Shown: one piece after another, positions 25,983 through 37,677 of the stretch
Layout: each line of letters begins with the position of its first letter
Position numbering within the stretch: position 1 is the stretch's first letter
NCBI GenBank assembly: GCA_013265495.1
Contig: MU057865.1
Span: 806,001-870,000 of the forward strand
DNA from: Vicugna vicugna
Taxonomy: Eukaryota
Length of the DNA stretch: 64,000 nucleotides
Direction: 5' to 3'
Position numbers and translations under genes: made by a program
Notes under the pieces: model-generated
What the model was told of the DNA's origin: nothing
What the model saw: only the letters and a program-made list of their open reading frames with translations
Databases searched by the model: none

Positions 25983-26389
25983 TCTCTTAGCTTTCTCTCT
26001 TCCCGCCTCCCTCCACCACGTTTCTTCTACTTCTTACTTTGATATTCTCCATACCAAAGTCAGTACAAATAGGATTTGTGGAATATTTTATCTTCTTTTA
26101 GAGACTTTAAAATTACAAAATTTATGCATACCTATTGGAAGAAATGTCAACCAAAGTAGAATGTGTAAAGAAAAGGAATGCTCACCCCCTTCTCATTATT
26201 GTAGAACAGCCATCAGTTGGCAGTTTGGTGCATATTTCAAAGACATTTTTAGACACATATCATCATTTATTTAAATACCAAAATTAGCATATTAGATTTT
26301 TTTCAATTTGCCTATTATCAATATGATAGATGTCCATCTAAGTCAGTGCCTGCAAATCTATTTCATTATGCATTAAATCATTGACCCGG

Positions 26390-26512
26390 AGCTCACTAGA
26401 ATATAAACTCCATGAAGGCAGGGATTGTAATTCTATTGTTAACTGCTGCTGTTCCAGACCAAAAAGTACTTGGCACATTGTAGGCAATCAGTGATGTCTG
26501 TTGAATGAATGA
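26390..26512 (+). mobile_element. L2 3' end
   Basis: cactagaatataaactccatgaaggcagggattg...cttggcacattgtaggcaatcagtgatgtctgttgaatgaatga is a canonical L2 terminus. Confidence 0.85.
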
Positions 26513-28429
26513 AATTAGGGTGCATCCTGTTTTGTTTTGTATTTTTAATTCTTATTTCAAATAATAAAAAAATATGTAGTCTTGAACTGAAATGTCTGCA
26601 CACTTGTACTTCATTAAGCCTCTGTTTTAAGTGATCTAATGAGGATAATTTTAGGACTGTAACTAGGGATGCTTGGGGGAAAAAAATTCTTTCCCTCTTT
26701 ATGAGAATGGCAGTTGCTATGCAGATATGAAGCCTGAAAATACAGCAATAAATATGTCCTAAGTGAGGAATCTAGTCATAGGATGAGGTTGGCACAATCA
26801 AAGCAAGTAGGAAGGTAGAAGTGAGCCAGGTCTGAATCCATCCAGCCCTGAAGGCTGATCCACTGCAGGACTTCACCCACATGAAGCCAGTTGAATTACG
26901 TTGCCTGGCAGGCAGCTCGACCACTCTTCTTTTAATTATTTTATTCTGATGTTTTTCCAAATGATCTTGGACCTAAGGAAAATCAGGGAGAAAATATCGT
27001 CTAAGCAACTCACCTTCCCAAATAACTCTGAGAAATGAAATGATGGAGAGGAGGGGTGATGTATTCACTGGGGCCAAGTGGAAAGAACATTTCTAGCCCT
27101 GTCCGAGGTTCAGAACATGCAGCAGAGTCCCAGAAAGCCGGGAGATGGACACAAAATTAATTACATTACACGATTTTACATTTTAGCTCAACAAGAGGAA
27201 TAAAATGTGGGAGAAAGGGAAGAAATGCTCTGATTGAGGTCAGTTGATTTTACTTAGTTTGTGTCTGTATGCCATCTAGTCACATAATGGGTGATAAATA
27301 CACGGTAGGGGTCTTATGTAGAGTTAACTTCTTCAAATAGCTCTGTGGAAGGAAGGACGCTTCTTCATTATTTGCTGACATTTCCTGTAGGGCAAGAAAA
27401 GGTGATGTATGCCATACAGTATGATTCCACAGCTCTAGCTATCTGTAGGGATAACTATAATAGAAAGGGTGTCTCTTGGACTATGGGACGATACTTTACC
27501 ACGTATTGGTTATAATGCTTATTTTTCCAATTGCGGAAAAGTGCTTTTTGGAATTCCTTTAAATCTATTTGAGACTCAGCTTTTACATAAGTAAAATGGG
27601 ACCTCCCCCCTCCCCCCAAAAAATACTCTGAAAATTCTTGACTGGTTCCAAGATTCTGAGATTCTGTCTCCATCATGCTGCATATCTTTTAGCTTTTGAA
27701 CCTCTGTACACAATTACAAGAGAAATGCTCCCCTCCACCTTTGCTCATGAGATCCTTAGCACACTGAGGCAAAACAGCCAGGTACATGGATGGTTCCAGG
27801 GTGATCAAAAGGGGCAGAAAATAGAATATTTTCCCCTTAAGTCAATAGCACAAGTTTGTGTCAAGATTTCCTGTGTTACTAAGGACAGCCTGAAATTTTA
27901 AGTGACTTGCACCTAAAAGCATACATGTTTGTTTCATCCAAGTAACTGAAATGGCTCTAAAGATGAGAGTTTCATTTTTTAATACTGTCACAAATCCAAA
28001 TTAAGGAGCGGTGTCTGCAAACCCTTTGATTATAGATCATAAAATCTCCAGCTTATATCAGACACTGTAAAATTGCTCAGTGACAAATGAAATGCCTATG
28101 CACTAAATATATCTTTTAAGCACCTTGCAGTGCTGGTACGTTTATCTCGGAGACACAATGGTACTTCTGCAGGTCACAGGTACAAGGTCAGAAATGCTGG
28201 TTCTGCTGGTTTGGAATGTAACACTTAATGGCCCATTATTTGAGGACACAGAGCAGAGGCTTCAAGCAAATACCCAGACTATATTTCATGTGGAAACTTC
28301 AGAAGCCAACAGACCAGCCATATTTAGAAATAATGATGGACGAGACCCAGCATGAGCATGGATGGCTGACAAACTACGGGGACTCACCAGGGTTCAGCTT
28401 TGTGACAATAGCTTGCATCTGGGTAGTGT

Positions 28430-28630
28430 TTTGTAGTGTTTCAAAGAACTTTCACATCCAACATCTCATTTGATCTTCACAGCAACATTGTGAAGCTGGC
28501 AAGGCAGAAATTATTACCCTCATTTTGTAGACAGGAAACTAGCCTCAGAGAGGTTAAGTGACTTGGCCAAGGTCGCCCAGATGGTATGCAACAGAATCAC
28601 CAGATTTGAATATACACCTTCTGACTTCCA
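28430..28630 (-). mobile_element. MIR SINE
   Basis: atctcatttgatcttcacagcaac...attattaccctcattttgtagacaggaaactagcctcagagaggttaagtgacttggccaaggtcgcccag. Confidence 0.9.
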
Positions 28631-31600
28631 TCACAACAAGCAAACAGAAGCTGATCGTGTCTATTCAGCTACACTGTCGGCCGTTTCTGGTTCTGAAAGT
28701 CCATGCTATGGAGTCAAGCAGAAAATACCATAGGCATTTGACAAAATTGCTTTTCTCTTCCCTTGCCATTTCCAAATGCCTAGAGGCAAAACAGGTATAT
28801 TTTGACAATGACAGAAGCAAAATATCTCAGCTGGATGGCCAATGTGAGAGGTTTCCCCTAGAGTAGATTTGGATACCGGAGAAGGAGAGAAAGCAGAGAA
28901 CCACTGGATACTGAAATTTGAGAATGACAGAAGAGAAAAAAAAAAAAAGGCATGTTGATAGTAAATGGGAACTGAAATACTGAAAACATACTTCTCAATT
29001 TTACATTCTAATCCAGTGAACACGTGCCTCACCCTCCTCTACTCCTTTCTGCAGGCATTTCTCATTTAGTGATGCTTTTGGGTACCGTCTTGCTGCTTCT
29101 TGGCTGTTGTGGAACCTAGAGATCTGTTTCTCTCTCTTCAGGTAAATGAGTTAAATTTGGCCCCACTGCCATCCGTCTTGAAGTTACCTGTCTCTCACCG
29201 CCTCAAAGCCCTCCTTTGCACGCTGCTCAACAAATGAGCCAATTCACTAAACAGGACATACAAAGCACAGACAGTCTTCTGGGACACGTGCTGACATCCT
29301 AGAAAGAAATGCCAAATCTAAACCTACCATGGCCGATCCCCATCGTGGATACTGACCGGCCTTATTTTTGCTCTGATGCCACACACCATCAATAGATCCC
29401 AGAACTTCTTTTCCCTGCTGAGCTCAGTGACAGTATCAGAATCCATCTCTGTCCACTGTTTTAGACAGCTGCCAATAATTAATCAGAAGAAGCGAGAGAG
29501 ATGAGAATTATTTAACATCCTCGTTCGTCCAAATATCCTATGTTGGGGCAGCCAGGAGACTCTCCATAACCCCTTTCCCACCCAAATCAAGTCACATATT
29601 TGACCTAGAAGGCAGAAGGTGTTGTAAGCTCCTCTCTGCTTCTCTGAGCCTCATGCTAGTCTATCTCAGAGTAGTAGGTTTCAGAAGCACTAAAGGAAAA
29701 CCTTACAATCCATGAGTGGGAGAGTGCCACATCTCGTGTGCAAAAAACTAAGAATCTGTCACTCAGATAAGCATTACGTCTTGTGTTCTGTGATTCTAAC
29801 ACATGTGATCCAAAAGGCTAAGCAGTGGAGAAAGAGGGATGGCTGTGTCCGTCAGTGACTCGAGCCTTAGTACCTCTCATTTTTTTTCTGAACTTTTCAG
29901 AGATTGAGAGTAAAAAGTTCTCTTCCAATTCTGTTTGTTGAAAACTAAAGATGAGTGTTTGGCAAACGAGCATGCAGTGAAAGGCTGGCAGAACAAGGAA
30001 GTTTGGTTGAGACGATCGATAAAGACCCCTTATTTTCACCTTGCATCCAAAACGGTAATCCGTAAATGCACCCTCAGAGGGGGCTGGAAATAGAATTAGG
30101 CCTTCTAACAGGAAGGAGAGATGCTGGTTCTCCTGCCAGGACCGCTTGAGCTACATCTCCAAGGGGACTTTGCTAGTGAGCGCCTTGCTCCTCCAAGATG
30201 CTTTGAATGAAGGCACGAGCAGGTATCCTGCGAGGCAAGGAACAGAAATGTGGGGGAAAAATGCATTTAATAAAAAAGTGAATCAATTCAACTGGAAAAG
30301 AATCTTACAGGGACTCTGCATTCTGTCTTTGACAGTGATTTTCAGGGAGTAGCGGGAAGCAAGCGGATTTGTAAGGCTTTGCACTGAAACCAAGATTTCA
30401 ACGTCGGCTGTGAATAAGCAAGAGAGGGCAGTGTTGTAACATCTAATCCGCGTCTTGGAGGCTTACAGGCTGAGCTGTGAGAGACATTTTTCTGTTCAAA
30501 ATTTATGGATTCTTATTGTTGTTTGTCTCATCCTCCCAAACTATGCCCCCTCACACGCGTTTCTCTTGGAAGTTTTGTCTGACCCCCATCAAATAAGAAA
30601 CCCTAAAGTAACGTCTCACTGGAGCCTTAGCCAAGACTGAACTGTGAACGAATGTAAACCAAGCTCAACCTGGGAAGGGAAGGAAACACACGATGAATTG
30701 CTTGCAACGAAATGGAATCATTTCAATCAAAAGCATCTTTTTTTTTAAATGAATGAACTTGCTTCTTTGCTTGATTCTACTTCAGCAAGAGGATCAAAGA
30801 GATTTACGACCTGTGTCTCTTCAAGCCCGATGCCAGAAATGCACACGTTCTCATTAATAGTCATTTTCTCATCAAAAGAAGCCTTTTATGCAGACAGTGT
30901 GCCTGGTTTTCGTAGCTTGCTTGTTGGCCACGTTTTTTATTAGAAGTTGGATGGCTCATCGTAGGGGATGATGGGCTGTATGTCTGTGTGTGTTTGGAGG
31001 AGGTCGTTTAATTGCTTTTCTGTTTCAAATGTTCCAAACTTCTGTGGTCCGTGTATATTTCAACTTTCAGAATCCTGGGTGTTTTGTTGAGGTGGGAGAT
31101 TCACCAAGAAGTTCAAAAGACAAAGGTAAATCTCTAGTCATTTGGAATGTTTTAAGTCTGATGCTGTGAGGGGATGACATTTCTTTGGGAGTTCTACTTT
31201 TGCACATTTGAGCACAGCCAGCTTCACACTGAGATTCCACAGAGTTACTCTTGTGAAGACTTAAACAATTAACTGCTGAATTTGAGCAACAAAGTTCAAA
31301 AAGCTGAATAATGAAAAAAAAATAAAAGAAAGAAATACAAATCGTTCTCTCCCTTTCAGGAACAGGATGTTTTGTTCCTCTTCAATGAATAGTTTCTGTT
31401 TGTTTGTTTGCTGAGTATGTCAGCCCCAGTCTGTGTCTGAGAATATATTTAGACAGACAAATGATCAGATAGGAATGACTGCAAAGTTCAATTAAGCAGC
31501 CAGTTTGGATTTTTGTCACAAAATTAACTAATTGTGTTAATTGTGTGGGGCATTACATAACCACATGTAGAGTAATGACATATGTTCGGGGGCATTTTTT

Positions 31601-31990
31601 TAGTTTGATTTTGAAACTAAGATGATCCCAAGACATTGTTATCACCTGTAGACCTCAGTCACCGCGGGGCTGGCTCGTGCCTTACACCAGGAGTGAACCA
31701 TGCCCATCAGATTTTTTTTTTAAACCTCATGTCACTGCACAGGACATTCTCCCGAACTGACTGCTTTCTTTCTCAAAACATTTCTTTTTTTTTTTTTTTT
31801 GGCTTTTAGTATACTGCATATGCCTAACTTCCTTTCCACTTCTTTGGACATTTTTGCTCAGCCTCTTTCTGTCCCTGCTTCCCTCCCCCCCCCATCTAAA
31901 TATTAGAATCCTCACAGTGTTAGTTCTGGGCACTTCACATCTGCAACTCCCACCTAGGTGATCTGATATTACCATGCTATCAAATGGCAC

Positions 31991-32637
31991 TGACGGAGTT
32001 CAGGACAAGCTACCCAAAAATATGGCCCCTAAGCATACCGGGTATTTTAAGCTAAAGGAATCTGAGAAATGGCAGGTGAAAGAAGGATTCTCTGGCCTCC
32101 CCCATCTTCCCTGAAACGGCAGCTTGTGAGCCAAGAGATGTGAAATATAATTCAAAACAAAGAGATAATGTCGAAGAAGTTTAAGTGGAGATGCAAAATG
32201 ATCATGCAACTATTTAAAAATATTGCTCTGGATGTGATACAGTGAATAGATTGGAGAAGCTAAGAATGTAAGGGGTCCTCCGTAAACCCCGATCAAAGGA
32301 GCATCCTTTCAGCAAGTGGAGGGAGGCCGAGAAGAATTGGAACAAACAGGACTTGCTCATCTTCCTCCAGGTTACTACCCTTAGCTCATAAGCTTTTTTC
32401 CTATCACGTGTTTGCGCGACCTTTCATTCTTCATCAGACCTGGTATAAAAACCCTCAGGTTTAATCATTTTGCCAGGAGGAGGCTTCATTTCCTTATGAA
32501 GGTCCCTAATATCAGAAAAAAGAAATAAAACCTTAAATAAATAGGTCTGCAATTTTCTCATTAATCTGTCTCTTGTCAGTCAAATTTAGAGAGTCCCAGC
32601 TGGAGACTTTTGGAAAGTAGAAGGAAAAAAAATTCAA
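31991..32637 (+). mobile_element. MER34-like ERV1 LTR inserted into an L2, carrying an internal inverted insert (32124-32267)
   Basis: tgacggagttcaggacaagctacccaaaaatatgg...tattttaagctaaaggaatctgagaaa matches the recalled MER34 5' end. TATA (gtataaaa, ~32444) and aataaa are present. L2 text on both sides joins up (...ccatgctatcaaatggcac | atatgctgatggctccca...). Confidence 0.75.
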
Positions 32638-33570
32638 TATGCTGATGGCTCCCACAGTTCAAGCCAAACCTAGCCTCTTCTCTGAGCTCCTGATTTACAT
32701 GGCAACTGCTTACCTGATGCCACGCTTTGGATGACTCACAGGCATCTCAAAATGAAGAGGACCCGAAAGGCATTCTCAGTCTTCCCTTTGCTTCATTCTT
32801 GATCACAAACCTTATCCCAAAAGGCTGCCACCGTTCAGCCATCTGCTCAGCTTGCTACCTTTCTCTCATCATCCAACTCTATTCACGCGCACGTCCTGGT
32901 GTGTATATGGTTATGTGTGTTTCAGACAAATACATTTCTCCCCGTCTCCCCTGCTCTGACCAGCTCCACGCCGCTGCCATTGCCTCTCGCCCAGACCACT
33001 GCAAGTTTCTTAACTCTTCTCCTATTTATATTCTTAGCCCCCTCAACCCATTCCCTGTACCACCATCGGAGTCATGTTTTTGAATAGTTGCATGATCATT
33101 TTGCATCTCCACTTAGCATCCGTTGACATCATCTCTTTCATTTTGAATCACATTTTACAACAAACAGTGGCTCACAAAGCCCCTGCCTCCCTTTCCAACC
33201 CCGTCTCATGCCTCCGTTCCCCTCATTCACTCAGGGGCGATAGCCTCCCAGACTTCCTTTGAACACACGTGAGACATTCTTTTCCAGTTCAGGGTTTCTG
33301 CACGTCCTGTTCCCCTGCTCTTCTCAGGAGTGGCTCCTTCTCTGTCTTCATGTGTAAATGCAATGCCATCTCTTTCCAGAGACGGCCTCTGACCTCTGGG
33401 TACCACCGGGTTCCTCCCGGTGCTTCTCTCTGTCTCTGTGCCTGCCCTGCTTTTGCAACACAACACAGGAGGGCAGAGCATACATTTGTTGATTCTCTGA
33501 GCTCTCACCCAGTGTCCAGCAGTGCCTGCTGCATTTGAGCCCCTCAGTAAATATGCATTGAAGGAAGAAA
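32638..33570 (+). mobile_element. Degenerate L2 (3' region); duplicated at 35172-36076
   Basis: atatgctgatggctccca...cctcttctctgagctcc...caactgcttacctga...tgccattgcctctcgcccagaccactgca...ctcagtaaatatgcattgaaggaagaa follows L2 order to its tail. Confidence 0.7.
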
Positions 33571-35171
33571 TTAAAAACAATGAAGGGCTGATAAACCCTC
33601 ATAACTAGTGTAATGGCTGCTTTTGAAGGAGGGCTTGAGAGGAGTAGGTAAATTGTCTTGATAAACTAGGAAGGGCTCGTTCATCCATACCGATGGCTTT
33701 CTTTGCAGAAAAAGTAGCTTTTGTGATTTGTAGGTACTTTACCATATGTTCTTTGTTTGTCAAGCCAGTGACAATCTGCTTGTGACGTGGAGAAAGCAAA
33801 GGTCGCTTGAACAGACCCTCTGTCCCCAAGATCATGGCATTTCTTCTCTAACGAGCATGAAAATTTCTGCTTGAAAACATTTGGGTGTCAGTGCATATAT
33901 TATGTTTACTTAATTCTGAAATGAAGATATTGATTCAAAACCACCTGTCTATGTGACAGGAACGATCTTTTAAAACAGAATTTACCTGGCTGGGCACATA
34001 TTTGGGGGATTGGCCATTGCTCCCTCGAGACGGAAGCTAAGTCTGCAGCTTGGGGTAGCTGCTTCTAGTAGGGTGTGTCTTGTTCATGTATGTAGCCAAA
34101 ATATTTTAAAATTTAAATGCCCCATCGCTCTAACTGGATAATGAGAGATTATGAATCAAATAAGACTAAAATATGAAAATAAAAAGCAACAAAGAATAAA
34201 ACTTAGAACTGGTCCAAACAGCGAAGACTTCAGAATGAGTCAGAAAATTTCAAAATTAAACAAGGCAGGAAGCTGTTCATCTTTGTGCTCTGTGCAAAAC
34301 CACTCTGGTCACCAATGTTTCCCATCATTCTCTGGGCTGCACTGCAGGCTTTCGGCAACCTGCGTAACGTGGCCATTCTATTTTGTGCTAATGGGAAAGG
34401 TGAGCTGACAGTAGGAGTGAAGTCCTGAATAAAATTTAACTAGAAAAAGAATGTAAGAGAGTACAGGACGAAAGGAATTATGATGCTGAAGTTGCTAATC
34501 CAGTTGATTAAAAACACTTTCTTTATTTCAGCATTCTACACACACATCAACTAGTTAATACATTGAACAAACTTTTCCATATTTAAAATAACATTTTTCC
34601 ACATCAGAATGATATGGGATACTGAAATAAATCCACAAGGACAACATCTTTCATTTTGAAGAAATTACACCAATCCGTGGATATGAGAATATGTAATTAT
34701 TGAAAATGTTCAAAGCCAAAGAGTTAAAATATGACTAATGGATGAGTTTTTACTGGACTCCAGGCCAAACATTGCTTTCTGGAAGGAGATGGGTAAGGAT
34801 GTACAGTGTCAAAGATGTGGGAGAGGGCAGAAAGCAAGGAATTAGTGTGCGCACTGTTCAGATGGGATATTTCAGATCCACAATCCAAGTGGCAAATGTT
34901 TGCCTTTCTTCCACCTTTAATGCACCACCCAAAGATCTGCATTCTAGGGCCAGCTGTCTCTAACTGGAACCCTCGGAGCTTTCCAGTCCTATTTCCCACC
35001 ACGCCTTCACACCAGTCATGTTCTTCTGCCACCTCCTGAAGGCAGTACCTCTCTGTTCTCACTCGCACTTCTTTCTTGTCTTGAATAGACATCTTTCCTC
35101 TCTTCCAATTGTTTATTCAAAGCAAACCCGTCCTCAGTGGCCCAGAGGATACCCCATATCCTTTTATCAAA
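32666..35171 (+). repeat. 2506-bp tandem duplication, copy 1
   Basis: aaacctagcctc...cttttatcaaa recurs at a constant offset of 2506. The ORF track repeats with the same offset (32727/35233, 34151/36657, 34724/37230). Confidence 0.98.
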
Positions 35172-37677
35172 AAACCTAGCCTCTTCTCTGAGCTCCTGAT
35201 TTACATGGCAACTGCTTACCTGATGCCACGCTTTGGATGACTCACAGGCATCTCAAAATGAAGAGGACCCGAAAGGCATTCTCAGTCTTCCCTTTGCTTC
35301 ATTCTTGATCACAAACCTTATCCCAAAAGGCTGCCACCGTTCAGCCATCTGCTCAGCTTGCTACCTTTCTCTCATCATCCAACTCTATTCACGCGCACGT
35401 CCTGGTGTGTATATGGTTATGTGTGTTTCAGACAAATACATTTCTCCCCATCTCCCCTGCTCTGACCAGCTCCACGCCGCTGCCATTGCCTCTCACCCAG
35501 ACCACTGCAAGTTTCTTAATTCTTCTCCTATTTATATTCTTAGACCCCTCAACCCATTCCCTGTACCACCATCGGAGTCATGTTTTTGAATAGTTGCATG
35601 ATCATTTTGCATCTCCACTTAGCATCCGTTGACATCATCTCTTTCATTTTGAATCACATTTTACAACAAACAGTGGCTCACAAAGCCCCTGCCTCTCTTT
35701 CCAACCCCATCTCATGCCTCCGTTCCCCTCATTCACTCAGGGGCGATAGCCTCCCGGACTTCCTTTGAACACACGTGAGGCATTCTTTTCCAGTTCAGGG
35801 TTTCTGCATGTCCTGTTCCCCTGCTCTTCTCAGGAGTGGCTCCTTCTCTGTCTTCATGTGTAAATGCAATGCCATCTCTTTCCAGAGACGGCCTCTGACC
35901 CCTGGGTACCACCGGGTTCCTCCCGGTGCTTCTCTCTGTCTCTGTGCCTGCCCTGCTTTTGCAACACAACACAGGAGGGCAGAGCATACATTTGTTGATT
36001 CTCTGAGCTCTCACCCAGTGTCCAGCAGTGCCTGCTGCATTTGAGCCCCTCAGTAAATATGCATTGAAGGAAGAAATTAAAAACAATGAAGGGCTGATAA
36101 ACCCTCATAACTAGTGTAATGGCTGCTTTTGAAGGAGGGCTTGAGAAGAGTAGGTAAATTGTCTTGATAAACTAGGAAGGGCTCGTTCATCCATACCGAT
36201 GGCTTTCTTTGCAGAAAAAGTAGCTTTTGTGATTTGAAGGTACTTTACCATATGTTCTTTGTTTGTCAAGCCAGTGACAATCTGCTTGTGACGTGGAGAA
36301 AGCAAAGGTCGCTTGAACAGACCCTCTGTCCCCAAGATCATTTCATTTCTTCTCTAACGAGCATGAAAATTTCTGCTTGAAAACATTTGAGTGTCAGTGC
36401 ATATATTATGTTTACTTAATTCTGAAATGAAGATATTGATTCAAAACCACCTGTCTATGTGACAGGAACGATCTTTTAAAACAGAATTTACCTGGCTGGG
36501 CACATATTTGGGGGATTGGCCATTGCTCCCTCGAGACGGAAGCTAAGTCTGCAGCTTGGGGTAGCTGCTTCTAGTAGGGTGTGTCTTGTTCATGTATGTA
36601 GCCAAAGTATTTTAAAATTTAAATGCCCCATCGCTCTAACTGGATAATGAGAGATTATGAATCAAATAAGACTAAAATATGAAAATAAAAAGCAACAAAG
36701 AATAAAACTTAGAACTGGTCCAAACAGCGAAGACTTCAGAATGAGTCAGAAAATTTCAAAATTAAACAAGGCAGGAAGCTGTTCATCTTTGTGCTCTGTG
36801 CAAAACCACTCTGGTCACCAATGTTTCCCATCATTCTCTGGGCTGCACTGCAGGCTTTCGGCAACCTGCGTAACGTGGCCATTCTATTTTGTGCTAATGG
36901 GAAAGGTGAGCTGACAGTAGGAGTGAAGTCCTGAATAAAATTTAAGTAGAAAAAGAATGTAAGAGAGTACAGGACGAAAGGAATTATGATGCTGAAGTTG
37001 CTAATCCAGTTGATTAAAAACACTTTCTTTATTTCAGCATTCTACACACACATCAACTAGTTAATACATTGAACAAACTTTTCCATATTTAAAATAACAT
37101 TTTTCCACATCAGAATGATATGGGATACTGAAATAAATCCACAAGGACAACATCTTTCATTTTGAAGAAATTACACCAATCCGTGGATATGAGAATATGT
37201 AATTATTGAAAATGTTCAAAGCCAAAGAGTTAAAATATGACTAATGGATGAGTTTTTACTGGACTCCAGGCCAAACATTGCTTTCTGGAAGGAGATGGGT
37301 AAGGATGTACAGTGTCAAAGATGTGGGAGAGGGCAGAAAGCAAGGAATCAGTGTGCGCACTGTTCAGATGGGATATTTCAGATCTACAATCCAAGTGGCA
37401 AATGCTTGCCTTTCTTCCACCTTTAATGCACCACCCAAAGATCTGCATTCTAGGGCCAGCTGTCTCTAACTGGAACCCTCGGAGCTTTCCAGTCCTATTT
37501 CCCACCACGCCTTCACACCAGTCATGTTCTTCTGCCACCTCCTGAAGGCAGTACCTCTCTGTTCTCACTCGCACTTCTTTCTTGTCTTGAATAGACATCT
37601 TTCCTCTCTTCCAATTGTTTATTCAAAGCAAACCCGTCCTCAGTGGCCCAGAGGATACCCCATATCCTTTTATCAAA
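35172..37677 (+). repeat. 2506-bp tandem duplication, copy 2
   Basis: About 99.2% identical to copy 1 (20 substitutions found by eye, no indels). Confidence 0.98.

Noticed and set aside
32727..37598. Paired near-identical ORFs (118, 117, 122, 85 aa) as a duplicated gene cluster
   Set aside because: They repeat only because the DNA is a 99%-identical duplicate. They overlap on both strands, several lie in L2 sequence, most use non-ATG starts, and none resembles a known protein.
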